Shown: in pieces, positions 36,646 through 46,266 of the stretch
Layout: every line of letters starts with the position of its first letter
Numbering within the stretch: position 1 is the stretch's first letter
NCBI GenBank assembly: GCA_963797175.1
Contig: CAWCOL010000006.1
Coordinates: forward strand, 2,998 to 66,997
Length of the DNA stretch: 64,000 nt
Reading direction: 5' to 3'
Source: an uncultured Actinomycetes bacterium
GTDB lineage: Bacteria > Actinomycetota > Thermoleophilia > Gaiellales > JAICJC01
Notes under the pieces: generated by a model
Databases searched by the model: none
What the model saw: the letters and a program-made list of their open reading frames with translations, nothing else
Told to the model about the DNA's origin: nothing
Position numbers and translations under genes: made by a program

Positions 36646-37378
36646 GAGAGAAGAGGTCGCGCTCCGGCCCGCGGATCAGCTCGCGCGCCGTCCCCTCGCC
36701 GTGCGGCGCGAAGCCGCGGACGAGCGCCGCGGGGACGCGCTCCAGCTTGCCGAACACGAGGTCGGCCGCCGCGGCCAGCTCGTCGGCCACGGCGACCGAC
36801 GTCGTGCGCAGCCGGTAGCCGGCGGGATCGACCTGGTCGGCGAGGCTGCGGAGCGGCGCCAGCCCGCTGACGCCGATCGCCGTGCCGACGATGCCGTTGC
36901 GCAGCGGCCGGCCCATCGTGTCGGCGACGACGACGGCGATGCGCGCGCCGCTTGCCCGCTCGGCATCGGCGCGGAGCAGAGCGGCCGAGCCGTCCGGATC
37001 GACCGGCAGCAGCACCGCGGTGCCGGGCCCGGGCGCATTCGAGCGGTCGATGCCGGCGCTGGCGCAGACGAACCCGTGGTGGGTCTCGGCGATCAGCAGC
37101 GTGCCCCGGCGGCGGACGATCCGGCGGCTCTCGCGCAGCACCAGCTCGGTGTGCCGCGCGTCGCCGCCCTCGCCCGTCAGCTCCAGCGCGCGAGCCGACG
37201 GCTCGACCGTGCCCAGGTCGACGATCCGGCCCTCGCTCTTGCTCACCGCCTTGTGCGACACCACCAGCACGTCGCCGTCCAGCAGCGGCGGCGCGGCCGC
37301 GAGCAGCAGCTCGCACAGGGCCGTCCCGGCCGTGATCTCGCCCTCCACCGCGAGCGGGATCACGCGCAGCTCGCTCAT
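36575..37378 (-). CDS. cofE: F420-0:gamma-glutamyl ligase, short form without nitroreductase domain
   Basis: DVLVVSHKAVSKSEGR, ETHHGFVCASAGIDRSN, DTMGRPLR.G, ADELAAAADL, RDLF. Confidence 0.9.
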   Translation of the reverse strand: MSELRVIPLAVEGEITAGTALCELLLAAAPPLLDGDVLVVSHKAVSKSEGRIVDLGTVEPSARALELTGEGGDARHTELVLRESRRIVRRRGTLLIAETHHGFVCASAGIDRSNAPGPGTAVLLPVDPDGSAALLRADAERASGARIAVVVADTMGRPLRNGIVGTAIGVSGLAPLRSLADQVDPAGYRLRTTSVAVADELAAAADLVFGKLERVPAALVRGFAPHGEGTARELIRGPERDLFSLSPSPSARRPANRRPAPGRAGRP

Positions 37379-38322
37379 GCGGCCCCCGCCGCGGCCAGGG
37401 CGACCCGGGCCAGGTCCCTCCGCGCAGCCTGATCGCGCATCACCGCATCGGTGACGACCGGCTCGATGCCGAGCGCCTCGATCGCGGGCGCGAGCCCGGC
37501 GTCGGCGGTGTCGATCACCAGCGCGTCGATCAGCCCCTGGTAGATGCGGGCGACGCCGGCGACGGACACCTCGTGGCCGAGCGAGCCGAGCATCGCCGCG
37601 GCAGGGCCGCGCAGCGCGGCGCCGGCGACGATCGGGCTGACCGCCACGCGGCGGCCGGGCGCACCGGCCAGCGCGTCGCGCAGGCCGGGGACGGCCAGGA
37701 TCGGCTCGATCGAGATCAGCGGGTTGGACGGGGCGATCACGACCGGGCCGGCGGCGAGCGCCTCCAGCACGCCGGGCCCAGGACGCGTCGCCGCGGCGCC
37801 CTCGAACCGCAGCCCGCGCACCGTGTCGGCGTGGCGGCGGCGCACGTAGTACGTCTGGAAGTCGATCTCGCCCTCGTCGGTGGCGACCATCGTCCGCAGC
37901 CGGTCGTCGGTGCAGGGCAGCAGCCGCAGCCCCAGCCCGAGCGCCGAGGCCAACCGCGCCGTGGCCTCGCTCAGCGTCGCGCCCTCGGCCAGCCAGCCGG
38001 TGCGCGCCATGTGCAGCCCCACGTCGAGGTCGCCGAGCCAGAACCACGCGTCCGAGCCCAGCGACCGGGCGCGCTCGAGGGCGCGGTCGGAGTCGCCGCG
38101 CACGCCCCAGCCCTTGTCCTCGTCGATCCATCCCGTCAGCGTGTAGAGCACGGTGTCGAGGTCGGGCGAGACGTGCAGGCCGTGCATGTCGATGTCGTCG
38201 CCGACGTTGCCCACCACGACGACGGACGACGGATCGACCACCTCGACGACGCCCTGCAGGAAGCGCGCGGCGCCCACGCCGCCGGCGAGCACGGTGACGG
38301 TGTGGCTCGGCATCGCGGACAT
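37375..38322 (-). CDS. cofD: 2-phospho-L-lactate transferase (CofD/FbiA)
   Basis: LAGGVGAARFL, NVGDD, SPDLDT, WFWLGDLD, APSNPLISI. Confidence 0.92.
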   Translation of the reverse strand: MSAMPSHTVTVLAGGVGAARFLQGVVEVVDPSSVVVVGNVGDDIDMHGLHVSPDLDTVLYTLTGWIDEDKGWGVRGDSDRALERARSLGSDAWFWLGDLDVGLHMARTGWLAEGATLSEATARLASALGLGLRLLPCTDDRLRTMVATDEGEIDFQTYYVRRRHADTVRGLRFEGAAATRPGPGVLEALAAGPVVIAPSNPLISIEPILAVPGLRDALAGAPGRRVAVSPIVAGAALRGPAAAMLGSLGHEVSVAGVARIYQGLIDALVIDTADAGLAPAIEALGIEPVVTDAVMRDQAARRDLARVALAAAGAA

Positions 38323-38353
38323 ATGATGCCGCGCAGATGCGGACGGCCCGCCG

Positions 38354-39343
38354 GTGACCAACCTGGATGTGCTCAGCGGAGGCGGCCGCCTGCGTCGCGC
38401 GCCCGCCGGTGCGGTGGCGCTGGTGGCGCTGGGCGCGGCGCTGTGGGGCCTCGACGGCGTGCTGCGCCAGCCGCTGGTGGTCGCCGGCGAGGGGGCCGCG
38501 ACCTGGTCGGCGTGGACGATCGTGTTCTACGAGCACATCATCCTGACCGCGGTCGTGCTGCCCATCCTGATCCGCTACCGCAGGGACCTGCGGCTGCTCG
38601 ACGGCCGCGACTGGCTGTGCGTCGTCGCGATCGCGTGGGGCGGCTCGGCGCTGGCCACGCTCGCCTTCACCGCGGCCTTCTCGTACGGCAACCCGGACGT
38701 GGTGGTGCTGCTCCAGAAGACCCAGCCGGCGTGGGCGATGCTGGCCGCGGCGGTGGTCGTGGCGGAGTGGCCGGCACCGCAGACCGCGCTGCTCCTGATC
38801 CCCGCGGCGATCGGCACGTACCTGCTCTCGTTCGGCACCTCGTCGCCGGCCACGGCGTTCGCCGGCAGCGCGGGGAAGGCGGCGCTGCTGGCCCTGGTGG
38901 CGGCGCTGCTGTGGGGCGCCGCGACCGCGTTCGGGCGGCGCGCGCTGCGCCACATCGACTCGCCGTTCCTGACCGCGCTGCGCTTCTCGATCGCGCTGCC
39001 GCTGCTGTTCGCCATCGCCGCCGACCACCACGCGCTGGCGCCTCCGGCGGGGGCCCCGGCGGGCGACTGGCTGCGGCTGCCCGCGATCGCCCTCATCCCC
39101 GGGCTGATCGCGATGCTGCTCTATTACCGCGGCCTGCGCTCGACGCCGGCGCCGGTGGCGACGCTGGCCGAGCTGGCCTTCCCCGCCACAGCGCTGATCG
39201 TCAACTACCTCTTCCTGGACGCGACGCTGTCGGGCGTCCAGCTGCTCGGGTTCGCGATCCTGTGGGGCACGATCGCGCTGCTGCACCGGGCGCCGGTGCG
39301 GGTGCCTGCGCCGATCGCCGAGCCGGCGCCGGCGGTGCCCTGA
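38354..39343 (+). CDS. EamA/DMT-family transporter
   Basis: About 10 TM segments, LLQKTQP, LYYRGL..TPA..ATLAEL. Confidence 0.85.
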   Translation: MTNLDVLSGGGRLRRAPAGAVALVALGAALWGLDGVLRQPLVVAGEGAATWSAWTIVFYEHIILTAVVLPILIRYRRDLRLLDGRDWLCVVAIAWGGSALATLAFTAAFSYGNPDVVVLLQKTQPAWAMLAAAVVVAEWPAPQTALLLIPAAIGTYLLSFGTSSPATAFAGSAGKAALLALVAALLWGAATAFGRRALRHIDSPFLTALRFSIALPLLFAIAADHHALAPPAGAPAGDWLRLPAIALIPGLIAMLLYYRGLRSTPAPVATLAELAFPATALIVNYLFLDATLSGVQLLGFAILWGTIALLHRAPVRVPAPIAEPAPAVP

Positions 39344-39349
39344 GCGTCG

Positions 39350-40135
39350 TCAGCCCGCGTTGCGGGCGTCGCGCCAGGCCAGCAGCTCGGGCAGGAACGA
39401 GAGATCCCAGTCAGGGCCGCTCGCCGCCATGATCAGGTGGGTGACGCCGACGTCCACGTAGGCGTCGAGGTTCGGCATCGAGTCGCGGCCGATCCCGCCG
39501 ATCGAGCGTTCGATAGCTGACGGGTCGCGGCCGACCCGCTCGCACCAGCTGTCCAGTACGGCGCACTTGTGGGCGGCCCGCTCGGGGTCGCCGAAGCCGT
39601 TCCACATGTCGGCGTGCTGCGCGACGATGCGCAGCGTCACCTGCTCGCCGCCGCCGCCGATCATGATCGGCAGGTGCTCCTGCACGGGCGGCGGGTTGAG
39701 CTTCGCCAGCCGGTCGCGGATCAGCGGCATCGCCCGGTCGAGGTCGCGCAGACGGCTGGGCGCGGTGCCGAACTCGTAGCCGTACTCGGTGTAGTCGTGC
39801 TCGAACCAGCCCGACCCGATGCCGAGGATCAGGCGGCCGCCGGAGATGTGGTCGACCGTCCGCGCCATGTCGGCCAGCAGCTGCGGGTTGCGGTACGAGT
39901 TGCAGGTGACAAGCGCGCCCAGGCGCACCCGCTCGGTCGCCTCCGCCATCGCCGCCAGCACCGTCCAGCACTCGAAGTGCAGGCCGTCGCGGTCGCCGCG
40001 CAGCGGGTAGAAGTGATCCCACGTGTGTACCGTGTCGGCGCCCAGCGCCTCGGCCTCGAGCCAGGCCTCGCGCATCCCCGAGAACGCGCCGTGCATCGGC
40101 TGCACCTGGACGCCGATGGAGATGGGGTACGCCAC
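39350..40135 (-). CDS. LLM-class F420-dependent oxidoreductase
   Basis: [38 protein letters not shown]. Confidence 0.9.
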   Translation of the reverse strand: MAYPISIGVQVQPMHGAFSGMREAWLEAEALGADTVHTWDHFYPLRGDRDGLHFECWTVLAAMAEATERVRLGALVTCNSYRNPQLLADMARTVDHISGGRLILGIGSGWFEHDYTEYGYEFGTAPSRLRDLDRAMPLIRDRLAKLNPPPVQEHLPIMIGGGGEQVTLRIVAQHADMWNGFGDPERAAHKCAVLDSWCERVGRDPSAIERSIGGIGRDSMPNLDAYVDVGVTHLIMAASGPDWDLSFLPELLAWRDARNAG

Positions 40136-40184
40136 GCCGCGGGAGTCTAGTCAACAGCGTGCCCGCGGCTAGAATCCGCGCCCG

Positions 40185-40611
40185 ATGGCCGTCGACCTCG
40201 ACACGCTCGACCCCCTTCGGCGCCCGCGTCGAGCGGCGGCTGCGGGACGAGGTGATCGCCTGGCTGGTGACGGTCAGCCCCCGCGGGATGCCGCAGCCGA
40301 GCCCGATCTGGTTCCTCTGGGACGGCGCGGACAGCCTGCTCATCTACAGCCGGCCGGACACGCCGAAGCTGCGCAACATCGCCGCCAACCCGCGAGTGGC
40401 GGTGCACCTCGAGGGCGACGGCAGGGGCGGCGACATCATCGTGCTGCTGGGCCGTGCTGCCGTCACCGAGGATCCGCCCGGCGACGAGATCCCCGACTAC
40501 GTCGAGAAGTACCGTGAGCTGATCGCCGGCAACGGGTGGACGCCCGCGTCCTTCGCGGCCGACTACTCCGTGCCGCTGCGCGTGACGGCCACCCGACTGC
40601 AGGGCCACTAG
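40185..40611 (+). CDS. PPOX-class F420-dependent oxidoreductase (apparent +1 frameshift at about 40206)
   Basis: MAVDLDT from ATG 40185 joins STPFGARVERRL...PQPSPIWF...KLRNIAANPRV after removing one C. Confidence 0.8.
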
Positions 40612-40810
40612 GCGGGCTTTCGCCACACCTCGTGCCAGACACGGCCTGTTAGCGCGTACGGCGGGAGGACACCAGCGGTGCTCGGTGCGCGTCCACCCGC
40701 GAGCGCACGCCCGCCCCGGCGTCCCAGCCACGAGCTCCCCGGCCCCCACACGCCAGCCGCGCATCTCCGGCAAGCGTGGACGGCCCACGCACCGCCCCGA
40801 TCCCCGAATC

Positions 40811-40822
40811 GGGTCTGACCCC
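40811..40822. repeat. REP-like palindrome GGGTCTGACCCC in a long intergenic gap
   Basis: Same GGGTCTG...GACCCC ends as the 11758-11782 palindrome; GTGCCAGAC also occurs near 40632. Confidence 0.4.
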
Positions 40823-40843
40823 AATCATGTCTCCGGGGTGGCG

Positions 40844-41389
40844 TCAGGCTGCCCTGGCCAGGCCGAGCAGGGTGGCGCGCAGCGGCCGGACTCGGGCGCT
40901 GAGGCGGTAGGAGGTGCGCGGGGGGTAGGTCGCCTCGACCGAGCGCTCGACGGCCTCGGCCGCCGAGAGCGTCTTCAGCGCCTGGGTCAGCGCTCGTGGC
41001 GTCACGCCGGGCAACATCGCCCGCAGCTCTCCGAACCGGCGGTCGGTGTCCAGAGCGGCAACCACTGGCATCGACCACTTGCGCATCCCGACGTCCCCCA
41101 GGCCGAGCTCGGCGAGCTGATCGATCAGCCGCACGCAGGCCGGGCCGAGCCGCGCGCCGGCGGCCGTCAGCACGTACTCCGGGCGCAGGGGATGGCCGTA
41201 CCCGGGGTTGCGCTCGACCAGACCGCGCTGGGCGAGGTCGTCGAGCGCGCGCCGCAGCGACTCCCGGGCGGCGCCGGTGCGATGCGCCAGCGTGACCATT
41301 CGGCTGCCGCGGCTGCGGTGCAGCTCGGCCAGCACGGGAACGGCCCAGCGGTGGTGGAACAGGTCGATCAGCGCGCGCTCGTTTGACAT
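40844..41389 (-). CDS. Tandem HxlR-family winged-helix regulator
   Basis: Two units: HHRWAVPVLAEL... and RKWSMPVVAAL..RRFGELR..LPGVTPRALTQALK; -10 TAGAAT 7 nt before ATG. Confidence 0.8.
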   Translation of the reverse strand: MSNERALIDLFHHRWAVPVLAELHRSRGSRMVTLAHRTGAARESLRRALDDLAQRGLVERNPGYGHPLRPEYVLTAAGARLGPACVRLIDQLAELGLGDVGMRKWSMPVVAALDTDRRFGELRAMLPGVTPRALTQALKTLSAAEAVERSVEATYPPRTSYRLSARVRPLRATLLGLARAA

Positions 41390-41440
41390 GAAAGTGATTC
41401 TAGTATACAAACAGGTCACACTCGACGAAGGGAGCTGACC

Positions 41441-41845
41441 GTGACCACCGACACCCGCCCGATCACCTACGCCGGCCACATGACCGCGGCGATCTCGGTC
41501 GCCGACCTCGACCGGTCGCTGGCCTGGTACCAGGACGTGCTCGGCTTCCGGCTCCTCTACACCCTGGCCGACTGGGGATGGGCGGAGCTGGAGACGTCGA
41601 TCCCCGGCGTCAACCTCGGCGTCGGCCAGGCCGAACAGGTGCAGCCCGAGGGCGGCGCCACCCTGACGTTCGGGGTCACCGACATCGCTGCCGCCCGCGC
41701 CTGGCTGGAGAGCCGCGACGTCCGCTTCGACGGCGAGACCCGCGAGATCGACGGCATGGTGCAACTCGCCACCTTCTACGACCCGGACGGCAACACCTTC
41801 ATGCTCGCCCAGCGGCTCGACTCGGCGCCCGAAGAGCGCGGGTAG
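41441..41845 (+). CDS. VOC/glyoxalase-family protein
   Basis: VADLDRSLAWYQDVLGF, FYDPDGN; AAGGGAG SD. Confidence 0.88.
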   Translation: MTTDTRPITYAGHMTAAISVADLDRSLAWYQDVLGFRLLYTLADWGWAELETSIPGVNLGVGQAEQVQPEGGATLTFGVTDIAAARAWLESRDVRFDGETREIDGMVQLATFYDPDGNTFMLAQRLDSAPEERG

Positions 41846-41854
41846 CATGCGCGC

Positions 41855-43117
41855 ATGATCGCCCGCGCCGCCCGCCTGCACTACGCGTGGGTGGTCGCTG
41901 CGGTCACCTTCCTCGTCCTGCTGACGGCGGCCGGCTTCCGGGCGACGCCGGGCGTGCTGATCATCCCGCTCGAGCACGAGTTCGGCTGGTCGACCGCGCT
42001 GATCGGCGGTGCGGTCGCCGTCAACCTGCTGGTGTACGGCATCGGCGCACCCTTCGCCGCGGCCGTCGTCGAGCGCTTCGGCGTTCGCCGCGTGTGCTCG
42101 ATCGCGCTCGTGCTGGTGGCGGTCGGCGCCTCCCTGACGACGCTGATGACGTCCGCGTGGCAGCTCTACCTGCTGTGGGGCCTCGTCGTCGGCGGGGCCA
42201 CCGGCGCGATCGCCGTGCCGCTGGCCGCGATCGTGGCCAACCGCTGGTTCGACCGGCGCCGCGGGCTGGTCACCGGCATTCTCACGTCGAGCAACGCCAG
42301 CGGCCAGCTCGTCTTCCTGCCGTTGATGGCGTGGGTCGTGACGGCGTACAGCTGGCGCGCGGCGGCGCTCGTCGTGGCAGGCGCCGCCCTGCTGCTGGTG
42401 CTGCCGCTGGCACTGATCTTCCTGCGCTCGCGGCCGTCGGACATGGGGTTGGCGCCGTACGGCGGCGAGCACGTGCTGCCGACCCCGCCACTGCAGAACC
42501 CGTTCCGCAATGCCGTCACCGTGCTCCGCGACGCGGTCCGGGTGCGCGACTTCTGGCTGCTGGCCGGCGCCTTCTTCATCTGCGGCGCGACCACCAACGG
42601 GCTGATCGGCACGCACCTGATCGCCGCCTGCTCCGACCACGGCCTGAGCCAGGTGCGCGGCGCCGGCCTGCTCGCCGCGATCGGCGTGTTCGACGTGATC
42701 GGCACCACGTGCTCCGGCTGGCTGACCGACCGCTACGACCCTCGCTGGCTGCTGTTCTGGTACTACGGGCTGCGGGGGATCTCGCTGCTGGGGCTGAACG
42801 CGGCGCTGAGCGACGCCGGGCTCGGCCTCGCCGCCTTCACGGTGTTCTACGGGCTCGACTGGGTCGCCACGGTGCCCCCGACCGTCGCCCTCTGCCGCCA
42901 GGCGTTCGGCCGCGAGCGGGTGGGCGTCGTCTTCGCCTGGGTGTTCGCGTGCCACCAGTTCGGCGCGGCGTTCGCCGCGTGGGGCGCCGGCGCGAGCCGC
43001 ACCTGGCTGCACTCCTACCAGCCGGCGTTCCTGGTGGCGGGCACGCTGGGCGTGATCGCCGCGGCGCTCAGCCTGGGCGTGGGGCGGCGGCTGGTGCTGC
43101 GGCCCGCTGCCGCGTAG
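41855..43117 (+). CDS. MFS transporter
   Basis: HYAWVV, RWF..RRGL..G, FFICGATTNGL, LDWVATVPPT; 12 TM. Confidence 0.9.
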   Translation: MIARAARLHYAWVVAAVTFLVLLTAAGFRATPGVLIIPLEHEFGWSTALIGGAVAVNLLVYGIGAPFAAAVVERFGVRRVCSIALVLVAVGASLTTLMTSAWQLYLLWGLVVGGATGAIAVPLAAIVANRWFDRRRGLVTGILTSSNASGQLVFLPLMAWVVTAYSWRAAALVVAGAALLLVLPLALIFLRSRPSDMGLAPYGGEHVLPTPPLQNPFRNAVTVLRDAVRVRDFWLLAGAFFICGATTNGLIGTHLIAACSDHGLSQVRGAGLLAAIGVFDVIGTTCSGWLTDRYDPRWLLFWYYGLRGISLLGLNAALSDAGLGLAAFTVFYGLDWVATVPPTVALCRQAFGRERVGVVFAWVFACHQFGAAFAAWGAGASRTWLHSYQPAFLVAGTLGVIAAALSLGVGRRLVLRPAAA

Positions 43118-44510
43118 CCGTCGCTGCGGGAGGCCGCCGCGCCGGCGGCACGAGGATCGCGGCCACGACGGCGAGCAGGGTGACCGCCGCGGAAAGTGCG
43201 AAGGCCACCGTGAACCCGTGGTCGCTGGGGAGTCCGGCGACCACCGAGGCGGTCAGCACCGCCGCCGAGATCTGGCTGCCGAGGGCGCCGCCGATCGTCC
43301 GCATGATCGTGTTCATGCCGGTGGCGATGCCCGTCTGGCTGCGCGGCACGGCCGCGACGATCAGGTTCGCCAGCGCAGAGAACGCGAAGCCGATGCCGAC
43401 GCCCAGCAGCGCGGCGGCGACGTAGATCATCTCCTGCCGGTCGTGGGCGAAGGCCAGCAGCAGGTACGAGATCCCGGCGATCCCCGCGCCCAGGCCCAGC
43501 GGGAGGCGCGCGCCTCGCTCGGCGGCGATCCGCCCGGCGATCGGGCTGACCAGCAGCATGGCGACGGTGGAGGGCAGCATGAAGAGGCCGGCCTCGGTCA
43601 CCGAGGCGCCGAACCCGACGCCGGCCGACGCGGGCGTCTCGACCAGCTGGGGGATCAGCACGAACGAGCTGTACATGCCGAAGCCGATCAGCAGCGCCGC
43701 CAGGTTCGTCGTCCAGACACCGCGGATGCGCATCATCGCCATGTCCACCAGCGGCTCGCGCGACCGCGCCTCGACGACGATCCAGACGACCAGCAGCACC
43801 GCGGCGCCGAGCAGCAGCGCCAGCACCCGCGGCGACGCCCAGCCCCACGACGAGCCCTGCGTCACGCCCAGCAGCAGGCAGACCAGCCAGCCCGAGAGCA
43901 GGCTCGCGCCGACCCAGTTGACGCGACCCGGTGCCCGCACGGGCGACTCCGGGATGAGCAGCTGCGCGGCGATCGCGGAGATGACGACCGGCACCAGCGG
44001 CAGCCAGAACAGCCAGTGGTAGGAGAGGTGCTCCGTGATCGGGCCGGCGAGGACGATGCCGAGCCCGCCGCCGAAGCCGAGGATGGCCGAGATCAGGGCG
44101 ATGCCGACCGGCACCTGCTCGGCCGGGAACTCGTCGCGGATGATGCCGAACGCGAGCGGGAACACCGCGCCGCCCAGCCCCTGGATCAGGCGGCCGACGA
44201 TCATCACCTGGATCGAGGTGGCCAGCGCCGCCACCAGCGTGCCGAAGGCGAGCGCCACCAGCGTGATCACCAGCACGCGGCGCTTGCCGTGGATGTCGCC
44301 CAGCCTGCCCGCGATCGGCGTCGCCACCGACGCGCTCAACAGGTAGCCGGTGAGGATCCACGCGACCCCGGCCGTGCTGGTGTTCAGCGAGAGCTGGATC
44401 TCGCGCAGCGCCGGCGCGACCAGCGACTGCAGGAGCGCAAAGGAGACCCCGGCCATCGCCAGGATGGCGAACGTCAGGCGATGGTGGGGTCTCTGCGCAT
44501 GCGGATCCAC
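43068..44510 (-). CDS. 14-TM MFS transporter (DHA2-like)
   Basis: GRLGDIHGKRR, GRLIQG, EPLVD, RTIGGALG. Confidence 0.9.
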   Translation of the reverse strand: MDPHAQRPHHRLTFAILAMAGVSFALLQSLVAPALREIQLSLNTSTAGVAWILTGYLLSASVATPIAGRLGDIHGKRRVLVITLVALAFGTLVAALATSIQVMIVGRLIQGLGGAVFPLAFGIIRDEFPAEQVPVGIALISAILGFGGGLGIVLAGPITEHLSYHWLFWLPLVPVVISAIAAQLLIPESPVRAPGRVNWVGASLLSGWLVCLLLGVTQGSSWGWASPRVLALLLGAAVLLVVWIVVEARSREPLVDMAMMRIRGVWTTNLAALLIGFGMYSSFVLIPQLVETPASAGVGFGASVTEAGLFMLPSTVAMLLVSPIAGRIAAERGARLPLGLGAGIAGISYLLLAFAHDRQEMIYVAAALLGVGIGFAFSALANLIVAAVPRSQTGIATGMNTIMRTIGGALGSQISAAVLTASVVAGLPSDHGFTVAFALSAAVTLLAVVAAILVPPARRPPAATATRQRAAAPAAAPRPG

Positions 44511-44553
44511 AGCCCGAGCAGGTTACCCCGCGGGCACTCCGATCCGGAGCAGA

Positions 44554-44655
44554 TCAGATCACGCGGAGCACGAGCACGATGATGATGATCAGCAGGATGA
44601 TCCCGACGATGCCGAGACCGGTGCCGAGTGCGAGCAGTGGGAGAGTCAGTGTCAT
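44554..44655 (-). CDS. 33-aa single-TM small protein
   Basis: MTLTLPLLALGTGLGIVGIILLIIIIVLVLRVI; GAGG upstream; SigB/SigF-type promoter upstream. Confidence 0.6.
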   Translation of the reverse strand: MTLTLPLLALGTGLGIVGIILLIIIIVLVLRVI

Positions 44656-44665
44656 GGCGGCCTCG

Positions 44666-44691
44666 GTACCCGGGCCCGCGGCCCCGTAAAC
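44666..44691 (-). promoter_or_regulatory. SigB/SigF-type promoter
   Basis: Minus strand GTTT-N16-GGGTAC upstream of the 33-aa ORF. Confidence 0.55.
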
Positions 44692-44709
44692 GCACCTATC
44701 CTCCGGCGC

Positions 44710-45207
44710 ATGCTGCCCGTTGTCCGCCGTGCGCGCACCGCCGACGTGCGCGAGTTGCACCGGATCGTCTCGCTCTACGTCGAGCAGGGCATCCTGCTCG
44801 GCAAGCAGCTGGTGACGCTGTACGAGGACGTCCAGGACTTCCTGGTCGCCGAGCTGGACGGCCGCGTGGTCGGCTGCGGCGCGCTCCACGTGATGTGGGA
44901 GGACCTGGCCGAGGTGCGCACGGTCGCGGTCGATCCGGCCGCCCGCGGCCGCGGCGTCGGCCACGCGCTGGTCGGCCGGCTGGTCGAGACCGCGCGGGAG
45001 CTGGGCGTGACCCGCGTCTTCGTGCTCACGTTCGAGGACGCCTTCTTTGCCCGGCACGGCTTCCACCCGATCGCCGGCACGCCGGTGCCGGCCGACGTCT
45101 ACGACGAGCTGCGCCGCTCCTACGACGAGGGCGTCGCCGAGTTCCTCGACCTGCCCCGGGTCAAGCCCAACACGCTGGGCAACACCCGGATGCTGCTCGA
45201 GCTCTGA
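44710..45207 (+). CDS. argA: Short amino-acid N-acetyltransferase (actinobacterial ArgA type)
   Basis: LYEDVQDF, GCGALHVMWEDLAEVRT, SYDEGVAEFLDL.RVKPNTLGNTRML. Confidence 0.88.
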   Translation: MLPVVRRARTADVRELHRIVSLYVEQGILLGKQLVTLYEDVQDFLVAELDGRVVGCGALHVMWEDLAEVRTVAVDPAARGRGVGHALVGRLVETARELGVTRVFVLTFEDAFFARHGFHPIAGTPVPADVYDELRRSYDEGVAEFLDLPRVKPNTLGNTRMLLEL

Positions 45208-45609
45208 CTACTCCGGCGTCGGCGTCATCCCGTAGACGAAGAACGCCGGCTCGTCGCCCACGTTCTCGAGCTGGTACGTCCAGCCCGGCGCGAGGTAGAC
45301 GCTGTCGTCTGGGCGCAGCTCGAGTACACCCTCGTCCCAGGTCAGCCGCAGGTGGCCGCGGATGATGAAGTAGGTCTCGTCCACCGGCCCGTACCAGTGG
45401 TCGTCCGGGCCCATGTCGTCCGCCTCCCGCGACGACCAGGTGTTCGACCGCTCGCCGGGATCGAGCCAGGACGCGCCCAGGAGCAGGTTCGACCCGCACC
45501 GTTTCCGCGTCACGATCCGGGCGATGCGCACCCTCGTCACGGCCTGGTCGGCCGGGGTGACGGGCACGTCGGCGAGCGGTATCACCATCGGTCGGGGGCG
45601 GTCGTCCAT
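45208..45609 (-). CDS. Cupin-domain protein
   Basis: DETYFIIRG, VYLAPGWTYQLENVG; AAGGAGGAG SD. Confidence 0.8.
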   Translation of the reverse strand: MDDRPRPMVIPLADVPVTPADQAVTRVRIARIVTRKRCGSNLLLGASWLDPGERSNTWSSREADDMGPDDHWYGPVDETYFIIRGHLRLTWDEGVLELRPDDSVYLAPGWTYQLENVGDEPAFFVYGMTPTPE

Positions 45610-45664
45610 CGGGCTCCTCCTTGCGGTCGGCGTCGGCGGGTAGCTTCTCACGGGACCGGAGACC

Positions 45665-45678
45665 GAATCACATGATTC
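45665..45678. promoter_or_regulatory. Palindrome GAATCA-N2-TGATTC, copy 1
   Basis: Identical arms recur at 55813-55826. Confidence 0.5.
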
Positions 45679-45866
45679 AGCGGCCGTTACATGATCGACT
45701 CACCTGTTGCGCGGCGCGGGCGGGTCTGCGATACTCGCGGCGCGGCCTTGCCAAGGGGCGCACATGAACCGGAGCGTCGAGACCCCGGCTCCCTCGCACG
45801 GACGGGGTCTCGTCGTCTCGGCTGACGATGCATACGCAAGGCCGTTTCGGGGTATACGGTTCCTCG

Positions 45867-46262
45867 GTGTCACACCGCACTGAACTGGCGCTCCGCCTCC
45901 GCGCAACCGTCGATTCAGTGCGTACGGCCCGACACGCGGTCGACGGCTTCGGCCCGCTGGGGTCGCACCCCGACGTCGCCTTCCGTGTGCGCCTGCTGAT
46001 CACCGAGCTGGTCGCGAACAGCGTGCGCCATGCCGGGCTGGCAACGAGCGACCGGATCGGGCTCGACATCGAGGCGAGCGACGCGATGGTGCGCGTCGAG
46101 GTGCGGGACGGCGGCCGGGGATTCCAGCCGCCGGCGCGGTTCGACGGCCCGCCCGAGGGCACGTCCGGGCGCGGCCTCTACCTGGTGGACGCGCTCGCCG
46201 ACCGGTGGGGCGTCGAGGGCGGCGAGCGCTGTACGACGGTCTGGTTCGAGGTCGACCTATGA
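45867..46262 (+). CDS. Anti-sigma factor Ser/Thr kinase (HATPase, RsbW/SpoIIAB-like)
   Basis: ELVANSVRH, VRDGGRG, SGRGLYLV..LADRWG, VWFE. Confidence 0.88.
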   Translation: MSHRTELALRLRATVDSVRTARHAVDGFGPLGSHPDVAFRVRLLITELVANSVRHAGLATSDRIGLDIEASDAMVRVEVRDGGRGFQPPARFDGPPEGTSGRGLYLVDALADRWGVEGGERCTTVWFEVDL

Positions 46263-46266
46263 GCCG

